Shown: piece after piece, positions 1-12,837 of the stretch | Numbering within the stretch: the first letter of the stretch is position 1 | Layout: each line of letters opens with the position of its first letter | Source of the DNA: Marsupella aquatica | Lineage: Eukaryota; Plantae; Marchantiophyta | Direction: 5' to 3' | Assembly (NCBI GenBank): GCA_973895155.1 | Contig: OZ316893.1 | Coordinates: forward strand, 23,458,015-23,522,014 | Length of the DNA stretch: 64,000 nucleotides | Position numbers and translations under genes: made by a program | Notes under the pieces: generated by a model | Told to the model about the DNA's origin: nothing | Seen by the model: only the letters and a program-made list of their open reading frames with translations | Databases searched by the model: none

Positions 1-2565
1 TGCGTCCGGACATGAGGGAGGACATCCGAGCAAAGTGGTAGTTTTGAGTAAAGTTCTGGGTCGTTTGTTTCAATGTTAATAAAATACCTTGGGGCTTGGT
101 GCTATTTCAAGTAGCAGCGAAGAAGAGTTTTATTGAAGAAATTCTGTACGACTTTGCAGTTAGTCCAAGGCTCATCTGAACCGGACGAGCACGAAATTGA
201 ATCCTATCCTGTGAGCTATATTGGCAGTTGTCGCAAATCTTTTGGTGATGTTACAATGTCAGATGGTTTGTTGGGCTTGGAAATGTAGTAAACAATCGAT
301 CTTCGTACGTCCGTGCATATTCCTGAGCTTGCCGTGCTCGGGGTCTTTGTAAATTCTTACCAGTCTTTTCAGTACGGCTGCCTGGCTTCAGAAGAAGACT
401 CGCCAGTTCCGTGATCATTGAAACAATTGCATCCCAATTGTCTATGACGGGTGGATCGTAACTGATGTTTCCTTTGAGGCATTGGTATGGATGTCGGGAA
501 GGGGGAAAAGGTAACATTGTTTTACTAGATTAGGCGTATTCGGCCTCTTCCAAGAAGTCAAGGATGATTTTCACTTGGCGATGTGAGCGATGCTTTTGGA
601 GGGAACTCTCGACGTATAGCTGTCGAATATATTGAGAGCCAATCTCGGGCTGGTGGTGCAATTGTAACTCTGGAAACGCACGTCACTGGCACTAAGAGAT
701 TGTGAGTCGCTTCACTCTAAGAAAAGGGTACAGTCTTAACACTTTCGGGATTCTGGTTGCCTCGTCCAAAGAACTGATTGCCTTTTTCTGCACATGTAGC
801 ATGCGAAGGCATATCCTCTTACATTGGGAAGAGATTCCCCAGCAGATTGTATTGCCGAGCACTTTCTTTCCATAACCACACATCTATGCAAGAAAAACGA
901 GATATAAAGCATTTCCTAATGTGTTCACCGGTGCCTCTCTTCCACAAAGACGAGCATTACAACATTCAGTGAGCTTTAGAAATGGACAATGGGAGAGGAG
1001 GCAATGTGGGAATTAGTCCGCCACGATCAACTCATCCTTGTAGATGATATAGTAATCGCGATGGGCCCTGAATGATCTTGTGTTGCCCACCGGCAGTCTC
1101 TTTTCGATCTGGGCCATTGCGTGAATACTTGTTCTAACCAAGGGTGCCTATTGATTAAATCGACTAAAACCCTTGAATTGTAGTCTTGTGGTAAGCAGAG
1201 ACAGGAATGTGTCAAACGCCGGATCGAGGCAGAGCATTCCTACATTCTTCGCTGTATTGTGATTTTGTGTTAGTGGAACTGTCACCACCCTGTGGGTATC
1301 TTACAATTCAAATTGAGGATCGGAAAGACAAACGCCGCAAAGATGGAGGACTTGAAATTGCAACGGCATAGTGAATCTTTAGACGTGAACATGATCAAGC
1401 AGAGAGAGACGCTCGAGCTGAAGTAGAAGCTACGGGAGAGCTATGACAACGCCTTGTGTGTCTCAAGCAACTCGGGAATGCTCTTCCAATGTCCAGACTA
1501 TATTTGTCATAGCGTGGAAAACATTCTTAAAAACTTTGGTTGACAGTTGAGAGCTTTTGGATACTGTCTGCTTGGCAGATTCAAAGGACCATCGTTCAGT
1601 TTCAAAGGGTTGGTATGTAATATGGTTGAAAACTCAAATTGTGTTACCCTTTTATCATACTAACGCACTTTAAATCGAGGCTGGAACAAGAGCCTGACAC
1701 ACTCGATCATGTCGGTGGAATTGGTTTGTGGATTGTGGGCTATCTCCCGGTTACTACATATAAAACCCTTTGTCTGTGTTGCTGCCCATTGTAGTGACGA
1801 TAAGGAGAATCGGCATCGAGGCTCCATAGAAGCAGACTAGAGGGCATGGACTTTTCATGCTGAGACAAGTTCTGGAGACTGCTGTTCATGTCTACTGCTC
1901 AAACGTTAGAGAATGTAGTCTTATGGTTTGCCACTTTGTATCTAACGTCAGGGCCCGAATCTTGAAGATCTGCGATATTTTGTTGGATGAGGACTCCAGT
2001 CTGTCATCAAGCTGATCGAAGCGTGTCAAAATTGCTGTCAGTTAGAATTCATTGGCTGATGGTATTTGTGTCCTGCATGTGCGGTTCGGAACCCACCTGC
2101 ATTGCTGGTATGTGTCACTGGCAAATGAAAGTGATTGGAAGAAAATTAACTAATTCCTATCACCTGTCGAGCTCTCTGGTGAAATGAGCAGCAGCTGATA
2201 TTGCTGCGTCTGTAGTCAGTCTCACTTCCTGTCCTGCTGCATCCAACCCTATGCGGAATGCCATATTTATATAGTATCAACACCGTATGTAAGGAGCTAG
2301 TAGCATTCTTATCTTCCTCATTATTCATTCTTCACATCCTCTTCTTTCTGTCTCGCTTTGTCCAGCAATCGCTCCGTCCACTGCAGCCCTGTTGTCGGCA
2401 GGTCTCACCAATTTGTGAGCTTGCAGCGGTTCTACCTACATCTTTGTTGGACCCTATTTCATTCTTGTATCTTTCGACGTCTCCCTACAATTCTCTTCAA
2501 GGCAATCGATTTCTTTCAATTGAAATTTGAATCCAGCTTTGGTGCTTCACCACGTTGTAAGCTTA

Positions 2566-2681
2566 CAATTCCATTAACTTCGGGTTTGACGCAGTATTCA
2601 ATTCCATTAACTTCGGGTTTGACGCAGTATTCAATTCCATTAACTTCGGGAATACTGCGTCAAACTTCGGGTTTGACGCAG
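2566..2681. repeat. 33-bp tandem repeat (~2.5 copies plus a partial copy)
   Basis: Unit CAATTCCATTAACTTCGGGTTTGACGCAGTATT at 2566 and 2599, partial at 2632, and AACTTCGGGTTTGACGCAG again at ~2663. Confidence 0.9.
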
Positions 2682-3013
2682 GAATTCTTTTGCGTCCCTC
2701 TTGTAGTGGAGTTGATTACGAATCAGTCGATGTCCTGTGTTATTCAGCCTGCCATTGGCCCCCAGAAACTAGGAATCTATGACGTTTGCTACACTGTAAA
2801 CATACATTGGCACGGTTTTTAGTAACAAATTTAGAAGTCCGAATTTCTGAAAGTTGTTTGACTTGCACTGGAGCTAGTCTAGGGTTAGAGGAATTATTGT
2901 AATCAGGACATTTATTATTTTCACTCATGGGGAAGATCTGGAGGTATCTGACCATGATAAAAATCCGATTTTTCGATTTTATTCTTTCCACGACAATTAT
3001 ACGCAAGTTTACA

Positions 3014-4108
3014 ATGGAATCTCAAAATGTTTCTTCAGTGTGGGAGAAACTTCTTCCTGGCATCCCGGATGACGTTGCTTTGGCCGAGATTGCTACAAAG
3101 ATCACAGCGAAAGATGTTGGTATCTTGTCTTTAGTAAGTCCTCGATGGCGACAAGAAATTCAGCATCGAGTGGTCTACAATTCGAGACTTCGCTGCTGTT
3201 CAACAGAGACTTATGTAGTCCTTCAAATTTGGGATCGTGGTCCCGGTGGACTCTGTCGCAGTGAACACTGTCTTTATTCCTTGAGCGACGACACTCTGCA
3301 TCGACTCCCTCGAATCCCAAAGTTCCGCTTTCCCTACGGGTTCATAGCATTGGATGGTAAATTATACGTCTTGGGAGGAGGAAGCCCGTGGATTGAGAGC
3401 GATCGACAAACTGACTCCAGAAGAGTATTTGTCTTGGATTTGGCTGGACACCAGCAGTGGAAGCAATGTGCAAGTATGCTGCAACCACGAGGAGATTTTG
3501 GATGTGGTGTCATGAATGGGAAGATTTATGTGTTCGGTGGTAGTTCTGTTGGCTACGGGGATCATCCAGAAGGTGCATCAGAGGTGTATGACCCGGAGCT
3601 GGATTCTTGGTTCCCGGTTAAGAGCATGCCACAAGGGAAAATGAGCGATATAGTTACACCTGTAGGTGCAGAGCTCTTTGTGCACGGTCGGGATGCATCT
3701 CCATTTCAAGTTTATCATGCAGGTAAGGATCAGTGGCGAGTCGTGGAGCTGAGACGCTATGCGAGACAAATATTCATTTTCCGCGGAGAATTCTATAAGT
3801 TCAGTGCATATGGCATTGACATCTACGATACTGAAAACAATATGTTTTGGACGCATTGGTGTTCAATCACATGTGATGAACTTGGACCGGTTCACTCTGT
3901 AATGATTTTCCCCAAGTTTATTTTACCTGTGAAGAACGAGCTGTTAGTGAACGTGAGTTGGATCAAAATGGATCTTACCAGCAGGGGAGATTGTCTCCTT
4001 CTGAGTTCGGGGTTCGGGAGCAAGGACCACGAGGTAGTGTGGCGGAAAGCACCATGCGCTTTTGGATATCAAAGGCTCGAGAATTTCATGTGCCTTGTTG
4101 AGCTTTGA
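3014..4108 (+). CDS. F-box/kelch-repeat protein (array copy 1)
   Basis: N-terminal F-box LLPGIPDDVAL...LSLVSPRWR; kelch motifs LDGKLYVLGG, MLQPRGDFGCGVMNGKIYVFGG, EVYDPELDSW. ATG 3014 chosen by alignment with paralogs (the ORF is open from 2927). Single exon. Confidence 0.92.
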   Translation: MESQNVSSVWEKLLPGIPDDVALAEIATKITAKDVGILSLVSPRWRQEIQHRVVYNSRLRCCSTETYVVLQIWDRGPGGLCRSEHCLYSLSDDTLHRLPRIPKFRFPYGFIALDGKLYVLGGGSPWIESDRQTDSRRVFVLDLAGHQQWKQCASMLQPRGDFGCGVMNGKIYVFGGSSVGYGDHPEGASEVYDPELDSWFPVKSMPQGKMSDIVTPVGAELFVHGRDASPFQVYHAGKDQWRVVELRRYARQIFIFRGEFYKFSAYGIDIYDTENNMFWTHWCSITCDELGPVHSVMIFPKFILPVKNELLVNVSWIKMDLTSRGDCLLLSSGFGSKDHEVVWRKAPCAFGYQRLENFMCLVEL

Positions 4109-5083
4109 ACACGTACTTGACGACAATTTGATGACCAATACTGTTTTTGGGACTGTTGTATCGCCAAAGTTCCTGATCAACTCGTGGTTTACATCTGCGT
4201 TTGGTTAGAGTGAGAAGTGACGGTCCGGAATGGAGGGAGGACATTCCAGCAAGGGGAAGTTTCAAATAAATTCTTGTATCGTTTGCTTCCATGTATATAA
4301 ATAATACCTCTGGTTTGGGGCTAATTCAAGTAGTAGCAAAGAGTCATATTGAAGCTAATTTGTACGACTTTGAAGTTTATCCAACTGAGGCTCATCGGAA
4401 CTCGCAGAGAACGAGCGAAATTGAAGTTTATCCTCTGAGCTATATGATTGGGCAGTTCTCGCAATTCGGTGTTGTTACAATGTCACAGGGTCTTTTTGGT
4501 ATTGACAGGTGCATTAAACAAATTGATCTTCGTACGTCCGTCCATACTCGATCCTGATGGTACCGTGCTCAAGGTCCTTGTAAAATTCTTACCAGTCTTC
4601 TCATTGCCGCTGTATGGCTTCAGAACAAAGCTTGCCAGTTCCGTTATTTGCTAAACGGTAGCGGGGTGTCCCTTAAGGTCTATGATGGGTTGATCGTGAG
4701 GATGTTGCCTTTGTCTATTGGTAGATGTCGTGAAGGGGGAGAAGGTAACGATTGTTTACTTAATTATGCATGTTAGGCCACATCCAAGCTCTAGAAAATC
4801 TCCAGGAGCGAAGCAAAGGATGATTGTCACTTGCCTAGGGCAGCCATGCTTTTGGAGGGTACTCTCAATGAGCAGTTGTCGAATATAGTGAAAAGCCATT
4901 CTCGGGCTGGTGGTGTAATTGTGACACTAGTACCGCACATCAGTGCCATTAAGAGCTTATCACTCGCTACATTCTAACAAAGGAGTACACTTTGAACACT
5001 TTCGGGATTCTGGTTGCCTCCTCCAAAGTGGGAGAAGAGCTTCAACAATTTCCCGCCAATCTGCAAGAATACCCATACGAACT

Positions 5084-5382
5084 ATTCAGCACGATTGGCA
5101 ATATCGATGCACATTAATGCATCGACATTGCCCATTGACAGTCAGGCTCCGGGGGTTACACCTTATTAATCCTTATTAGTGTCTTGGGCAGTTTGGGGAC
5201 GGTTCGGGCAGACTGTCCCTCCCGGACCATTGGCCCAAGCCACCTCCCCTGAAAGGCAGGACCGGGCTGTCCCTATCGCCCAGCCCCCCAAGTCTGGCCA
5301 CCGGTGCCGGGCCACTTCTGCGCGACCGGCGACCATCCCTCTTCTCGGGTCGGCTCGCGCAATGCCCTGGAATGGCCATATC
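5084..5382 (+). repeat. MULE left TIR
   Basis: Near-perfect reverse complement of 29512-29792 apart from a ~17-bp indel. Contains an internal hairpin GCAATATCGATGCA-CATTAA-TGCATCGACATTGC. Confidence 0.93.
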
Positions 5383-5786
5383 GTATTGAGCATGAGGTTA
5401 CGTTTTGATTTTTTGCGTGTAGCGCAGCGCAGCCCATTGAATCCATTGGCCAAACAATTCCCTAAAATGCCATTCCCGCCTCCCGCCAGTTGCAGGTTGC
5501 TTACATACTCATCCTGTCCTTACTATTGCTTACCCTGGCAGGCGACGTTCACTCGCGAAGCGCAACGTAAGAGTGTGTATGATCTTCATTCAACGTTTTG
5601 TTAGTGAAATGTATTTCAATGTTTAGGTATTTTTTTATAAGTGGATTCTGAAATCGCTGCCTCTATATCGAGCTCATTGTGCTCTTCGCTTTTTGCAGAG
5701 AGCTTACTACTTGCTCAGTCGAATAGCGAGACCATAGCGAGAACGTACATAGCAAGAAGCACCAAAGGACGGTAAGGCAGCTCTAC

Positions 5787-6689
5787 ATGTCGACCACAAC
5801 CCTTTTCGATGTTCACAGTGTTGTCATGAAAGAGGAAACAGGTTTCCTGGGACCGTGTAGTGTTGAGGTCTTAAATTTCATTGCCAGCAATCCTTTTCCA
5901 AAGAAATTTGTGTATCGGGGTTGTACAGAGGTCATTCCCCGAGGCATGTGTAAGATCTCCATCGAAGGTCCCAGAGGGAACCATTGTGAGCATGATGCCA
6001 TTCAAAATGGAACCTATACTGAATTCTTCCGTTTTGAGGTATTGTTGACGGATGGTACTTTGCATTCTTCATACGGCAAGCCTGCCTTGCGAGCGGCAAT
6101 TTGGGATGCTGCCAAAGACTTGGTGGGTCTCTCCGCAAGTGCATTAGCATCTATGGAGCCAGTGGATCAGTTCCAGGCCATCCATGATTCAGTGAAGCAT
6201 GCGCCACTTTGCAATGTAACGTTTCGGATCAATCATGGAATTTTGTCTGTCCACGAGTTGGCAATTGTTTCATCAAATAGCACATTGCCGCCATCCCGTT
6301 TGTGGACCCAAACGCGGACACCTGGGCGGCCTGGGCGCCAAGGATTGCGAGGACCACAGTCACCGCATCCTCCACGCGCTTGGACTCCGTCAAGGCCACA
6401 TTTTAATGTGGTTACTGCCACATCTGGAAGCCAACATTCATCCCCTTCCCCAGTCATCACGCAAAAACCACTTGCAACTTCGGCGCTTGTACCGACGATG
6501 AAGACCCCGACATCCTCCTCTTACACCACAGCTACATCAAGCCAAGGAGACATGTCAGAGGTGGTACAGGATGATTGCAATGTCGATGTCGATGACTCCA
6601 GCCAGCAGGGCACCATCTCTTCCATCATTCGACGCCTAGCAGAAGTTTTGAATACATCGTTAGATGCATACTCTGGGTGGACCCGATAG
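5787..6689 (+). CDS. MULE accessory ORF: RPA70 C-terminal-like OB-fold/zinc ribbon plus S/T/P-rich tail
   Basis: Intact 300-aa ORF. FVYRGC...C...CEH...FRFEVLLTDGT...AIWDAAKDLVGLSASAL resembles the Rep_fac-A_C pattern (YxAC..C..C..C; Y.L...I.D.TG; F...AE.ILG.SA.EL). Confidence 0.6.
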   Translation: MSTTTLFDVHSVVMKEETGFLGPCSVEVLNFIASNPFPKKFVYRGCTEVIPRGMCKISIEGPRGNHCEHDAIQNGTYTEFFRFEVLLTDGTLHSSYGKPALRAAIWDAAKDLVGLSASALASMEPVDQFQAIHDSVKHAPLCNVTFRINHGILSVHELAIVSSNSTLPPSRLWTQTRTPGRPGRQGLRGPQSPHPPRAWTPSRPHFNVVTATSGSQHSSPSPVITQKPLATSALVPTMKTPTSSSYTTATSSQGDMSEVVQDDCNVDVDDSSQQGTISSIIRRLAEVLNTSLDAYSGWTR

Positions 6690-9569
6690 ATTGTTGCATG
6701 CAGAATAACTCTAGCGCAAATCATTGCAATGCCATGTATGCATACAGTTAGCCATTTTGCGATGAACAGCCAAAGTTGAACAATATTGCTGGTTTTGTAA
6801 ATTTGTTCCTCGGGCTGAAGATGGACCGCTAGCTTCACTATACAGTATGATGATAAACAAATTATATGTTGTTTCCCTCTTATGTGTTGCGTCAAGCATG
6901 CTCTTCAATGTTTTATTCAATCTTGGAATGTTTGTTTACTGTAGTAAAATTGTACTGTACCCGAGTGGCTTCCCCAATTGCATTTCACTGCATGCAGTGA
7001 TGCAGGCTTCGTCTGCACAACATAATCACAACAGGCCCTACGCGTTTGTATCTCATGTTCTACAATCATTGGCAGAAACGCCTAGTAAGGTACAATGTAA
7101 AAAAGATCGTACGACACTGTTATCCTTCATTCATTCACCAACACTAAGTCGTGGCATGCCGTTGCACTATTCATGTTGCAGGTGTCAGGACCCAATGCCG
7201 CGCAGAAAGACCCAAGTACTTCCTAAGTACTTACCAGTATGTGAAAACCTCATTTACAGTTTCAGTTCTTGCTTTACATGTTGAGCCTGCTTACTGCATG
7301 CGTTGCCCACTGAATCATTCCTTCTCTTATTATAGGGTCCTGCCAAAAGCCAAACTATCTTGGAGGCAGACAAAGAGATTATTCCTGCTATAGTTATGGT
7401 GGATTCCAGTATGGTCCCGATACTGGCACTGCCAGCACCACCTGGCACAACCCATGGTCTGGCTTTAAGGAATACTTTAGGGCCACCTGTTGAAGCTTCC
7501 GGACCTCCTATTGTAATTCCAGTGGAAAGCCCCAAAGCCGCGTCATCTGAGCCCACAGCCCGCATGGCAAACCTAAACAGCAGTGATGCCAATGCCTGTG
7601 ACGACAATGAAACTGAGGCTGTCCGCCCACATGGAAAGAGAAGAAAGTCTAAGGAGGCTGATGTAAACCCTGTTCAAAGCAACCCGGTTTACCCCCCGAC
7701 AAGCTAAGGTTGGTGTTGAATACAGGAACCAGTCCCGCTATACTCCAAGAAAACCAAAGGTTGGTCTTCAATATTTAGATAACGTGCTTGAAGAGACCGA
7801 CGTGGAGGACAGGCATCCTACCCGCAACGACCAAGTTGCCAAGACACATGCACCATGTCCTCAGGGGAATTTGCAGCCAAAGCCTGCAGATTTTTGCAAA
7901 TGTGCTGCATTACGTGAACCATGTGCCCACTGCAAAGCGGTAACGTGCCTATCATTCATTTTCTTGGAGTTGTTTTTGTGCATGTTGAATTACATGTTGG
8001 ACTCTAAATGAGTAATACTGCATGGTTTATACTTTTGAACAGGAGTCTGCAGTGACCGGTGAAGTGACATGTGAAGCTAAGGAGGGAGTTCATTTTTCTC
8101 GACACGGCATTGGTGCTGTTTGCAAGATGCTGCCTTGCAGAAATGTTGTGTTTAAGAACCTGCACACGTATGGTTGTCATGTTTACAAAAAGCATGGACT
8201 AATCAGTGAAGGCACCCCAAGATCATTGTATACAAAAGACCCACTTGCACAGCACCAACGCGAAATGAGGAATGCAGCTCGGCGAAAGCAACCAGGAGCA
8301 CAACTGTCAGCCAATTACTACAGTGCACGGGGAACACTACGACAGAGATGGAGCATGGCAAAAAGAAGGATGAAGTGAGTACTGTTCAAGCCTTTCTTCA
8401 TGATGCAAGCCTATGCTATTCAGTAGCAGTCCCGGGCCTGGCTATGATTTCTTGCTGCCACTGACAACTAATTTCCAATTCATTGGTGCAGGGCAACAAC
8501 TCAAAGCAAGTGGGTCACCCAATTTGAAGAGAGCCGTCTAAATCACCCCCCACCTATAATTGCGCCTCCGAATATCTTCATCATGTTCTTTGAATTTTTC
8601 ATGCCAAAACTTGGGTTCCACGCCTGGGACAGTCTAATGAACGTTCGCGACTGGGCTTGCTTGCAAGCCTTGATTTCGCAGTGCCCACATGCGTCATATG
8701 TATGTTCATGGACCAACCAAGCTCTTGCTGACATCAAAGATAATGCATATGGCCACTTGGACGAATCTGGAGTTGGGCGATTGTCCCGCACTGCCACTGC
8801 TCTTCAGAATTTTTTCGAACCATTGGATGGCTCCTTTGGTGTAGTTGAAGTCCACGACGCCATGGCGGTGCTTTGGAACCACCTATCACTACAACACTAC
8901 CCACACCTTTTGCGAACTTGAAAGCATCGCAAACAACAAAGGAAATCAAAAAACAAAACTCGCCTTTGCGAAGTATCGCGCATCGCAATAGAATCGCAAA
9001 CTGCGAAGCCCAAAGGTTCGCATCCGGTCTTTCGCAAGACCTTCGCAACGCCTTTGCAACTTGCGACACTAATAGAATCGCAAAGGACTCACATTTAAGC
9101 GACTCCGTGGGCGTCGCGAGAGGCTTATGATAATAATCAAGCAGTTAAATATTTGCAATCCCAGAAGTTTGGTAATCGGTTTGCGATATTAAGTTAATGG
9201 TAGTTATGCCATGAACATGGCTTCGCATTTTTGTGAACGTATGTGGTTTGCATAATGTTTGCGATACCTTCAATATGGTAAATATGCGAATTGGGTTGTT
9301 CGCATAGGTTTCGCAAGATGTCTTGAGGCTAGGGTTTAGATTTAGAGTTTTGAATTATGGTTGGGGTCTTGTCGTCCAACACGGAGAATGAGGTCTGAAT
9401 CAAAATTGCTTTATAGAAAATTGATAGGTACACAAAAATTAGGGTTTCCTAAACCCTAAACCCTAGATGGGTGTCATATGACAAGCTAGGTCCCTATAAG
9501 ACTACCCATATCAAAACTATATACTACATTAAGTAAATGGGCATCCCATAGGCACTACACCACCAAGCT

Positions 9570-11545
9570 CTAGAATGGGGTCCTCCTACTCCTTGTCGCC
9601 GGCCTCTTCCCCTTGTCCCTCTTGCGACGATCCGGACGTGGCACAGGAGGTGGTGCTGGCTGCTCCTCCACATCTGGTTCCTCCTCGTCCTCGTCCTCAT
9701 CCTCTTCCTCCCCCTCCTGCTGGGAAACTCCTCCTACTGGTCCAGATCCACTACTCCCTCCTACCTTGGGCCCCTTTGTCGTGGTCCCCTCATTGTTCTC
9801 ATCGGTGCTGCTGGTATCACTGGCATCCTCATCATCCTGTTTGCACAGCACAACGCCAAATTGGTTTAGGTTTACGGAATGAAAAGATAAGTGGATTGGG
9901 TGGGAAAAACTGAAGGGGATACATGCACTTACAGTCGCCAACTCTGCGTCAACCAAGTCAAAGAGATGTTTGGCTCCATGCGCAACTCCTATCTCCATCT
10001 CTTTTGCTGTTATCTTCCTGCGGTACCTCTTATACTACCACAACCAAACATTCCAAAACCAAAATAGATCGAGGTTAATATGCTATAAACCCAAGAAAAA
10101 TGCATGGAGGTGCTAATAGGGTGCCCCCTAACACAAAACTGGGCTCAATAACCCTTAGCGGTTTTTTTAAAACATAATACACACTTGCGAAACTCCCCAC
10201 TTCGCAAATTCAAATAAATTGGCTGTTTGCGAAGTAGTTTGCGAAGCGAGTTATTTCGCAATAGCTTCGCATTTACAACTTTAAAAAATGCCATGATAGA
10301 CTTTGCGAAACATTTGCGAAGCAACCCGCATCGCAAAAGCTTCGCAAACTCTATTTTTAAAAAATTCCGAGAAATCTCTAAGGCACGCAATGTGTCAGGG
10401 TGACCTAAAGTACAAGGCAGGCCGTAAGAAAGAAACAAGAGGTATGCAGGGGGGCATTGCAGGTTTGGATAGCAATTGAAAGCAAGGAAACAGAAGCAGG
10501 GGAGGAGAGGAGAGGGCCCACTCACAAAGTGTGCTTTGAGGCCGGGAAGTCCACCTTGGCCCATCTTGTGCGTGGTCTTGGGCCGTTTGCTGACTCGCTC
10601 AGCTGCAAGGATGAATTTTTGGGTTGGTGCACCCACTTCATCCACAATGTGCTGCATGTGAGACACTTTCTCAGCCATTGCCTTGAGCTCTCGGTCGGAC
10701 TTCCCGGCCTTCTGTGCCTTGGCTTCCATCTCCTTCCAGAAGAGAAGGTTCCTGGCAGCTCTCATCTGCACCTCCACTTTGTAAAAGGCATTCCACACGT
10801 CCTCAGTGAATTGCAGTGGCCTCCTCACGTTTCTGTACTCCTCCAAGTTTGCCAGGTAGGCCCTTACCTTCTTCCTATCATGGTACCGTGCTTGAGACAT
10901 TGAATTGGAAATTCTATCTGCAAGCCACTGTTCATCAATCTCTGCTCCATTTCGAAATGAATCTTTGATTTGACTCATTACTTTCTTCTAGTCTGCCTTG
11001 CTGAGTTTCCCCCACTCAACTCCTCGTGCAAAATTGGAGCGCACCATAAGCCTGATAGTGCTCTTTGCCCCAGTGTAGGCCAGTTCAGTAGGAATGCCTT
11101 CGATCAAGGCAATCATAGGCAGCTTCTTCCTCTCTTCCTCCTTCTTTCGCTGCTCCTCCCGCTGTGCTCTTATCTCATCTCGTTCCTCTCTCCTCCTCTT
11201 CTTTTCTAGGGCAACAGGTGAGACTACTCCTGCCTTGGCCCTCTCCTCCTTCTTACGCTTCTTCTCTCTTGCCTTCTGTTGAGCTGCACTCCTTTGCTCC
11301 TCCTCCCTTGCAATGTTCCCTGCATCTACTCCCGTTTGCAAGGTTTGCCCAAGGATTGCACTCAAAGAAGCAATCCCTGCTGGTGTAGTCAAATCTAAGT
11401 GGCTCAACTGTGCTGCATTGAGGTGCTCAGCCATCAAATCGGTCCATCGATTCCTCACCTGCTCCCCATTGCCTTCATTCCCATTGTCACTCTCACTCAC
11501 CCCTGCCCTATCACCTCCATTTGCTCCACTGGAATCCATAGCCAA
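9570..11545 (-). pseudogene. CACTA TnpA-like (Ptta/En/Spm-like) second gene with an in-frame stop
   Basis: ORFs 10988-11545 and 10145-10978 share a frame and are split by one TAG (10988-10990). Motifs RRPLQFTEDVWNAFY and HKMGQGGL resemble Transposase_24. Acidic/basic C-terminal exon at 9570-9870. Confidence 0.55.
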
Positions 11546-12837
11546 GCCACCCCCCGAGCGCGCGCGAGCTCCCTTCTCCCTCCCTACGCTTGAAATTTGT
11601 CAAATGCCGCTGAGTACGCCGCGGCCGAGTGCAAAAGTACAAGCGGGAAAGACTTGCGAAGCAACCCGTTTCGCAAGTTGCGATTCTTCTTGTTTCGCAT
11701 ATAGTTTCTCAATTTTGCGAAACCATTGCGACGTGAAAGGCTTCGCAACACCTTCGCTCTCTCGCAGAAATGCTCTCGGGCTCTGTTTTTCTGAAGGTCT
11801 TGCGAAAGCAGTAGCTTCGCAAACCTCAATTCTAATTTGTGATGGTATTTGCAAAGGAAGCGGCTTCGCAAGACATTGGCAACTCGTCCTGGGGGAATGT
11901 TGGTTTCATTTGAAAGGGTTTTTTTCAAAGGTGAAGTGGACCCCTCTATGCTCATATTTGGAATGCTTTTTGGCCATGTTTTGGGTGTTAGATAATAGTT
12001 GAAGGCGGGTTTGAATGGTTAGGCAGATTTCAGGTTAATGGGTTATGTATGGTGTTGGTTTAGGCTAAGGTTTGGGTTTACATTAGTTTAGAAGAAATAA
12101 TAAAGGTGTGGGATTTGGTTTACAAGAAATAAGTAAGGTTTGGGTTTAGGGTTTTAGGGTTTGGGGTTTTTAAATAGAAAGGTCTCTAGGGTTGAAGAAA
12201 GGTTTGGGTTTGTGTGTAAGTCAGATTTAGGTTTAATAGGTAGGATGCGGTTTGGGGTTGAAGGTTTGGATAAGACAAAGCAAGGTTTCATGAGATTTAT
12301 ATTGCAGCCTTTTGGGTTTAAGAGAGGTTCATTGGGTTTATGAATCAAAAGGGGATTGGCATGGGTTTTGCTAACAAAGGAGGGGAATATATGATAGCTT
12401 GCAGGGTGCGGCACTTTTTGATGATTTGATACTAATGCATATGCATTGTGAGAGCCCGGGCATCTGAAAGGTAAACATTGCATGATCGGCTAAAGTGTTC
12501 CTTTCATGTACTTAACACTTTTGGTTGCCACTATGTATAAAGGGGACATGTATATAGGGTTTTTTGTTCTTGTCTGGTCCAGATTATTGTGCTTACATAT
12601 ACATGGAATGGTTGCAGCTTTTCCCTCATACTTTCAGATTGGGTTCATTAATTATCTTAGAGCCACAAGAGCTATTGGCACTGCTGAGCCCGGGTCTCAT
12701 AAAGGTACCTTTTTTATTGCTATGGTCATTTTGGTTTGGGTTTCTTGTCATCATTATTTGGGAACTTTGATTTATATCATTTTGTGGTATGTTTTGGTCA
12801 TAACATGCCCATTTTAATTATATCTTGTTACAGGGAT

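Noticed and set aside
2566-2681. 33-bp direct repeats as a CRISPR array
   Set aside because: The units are head-to-tail with no unique spacers, there are no cas genes, and the context is eukaryotic.
4943-5604. ORFs overlapping the left TIR (mirrored at 29458-29720)
   Set aside because: They arise from the GC-rich TIR sequence and have no recognisable domain.
5787-6689. Helitron as the source of the RPA-like ORF
   Set aside because: I saw no Rep/helicase and no convincing TC...CTRR hairpin ends. The ORF lies just inside the MULE TIR. A small Helitron fragment is not fully excluded.
11313-12002. 229-aa plus-strand ORF
   Set aside because: It is antisense to the TnpA-like exon and runs through TTCGCA repeats; no protein features.
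9440-12170. AAACCCTA/TAGGGTTT motifs as an interstitial telomere
   Set aside because: Only one or two units occur at a time; these are telo-box-like motifs common in plant TEs and promoters.
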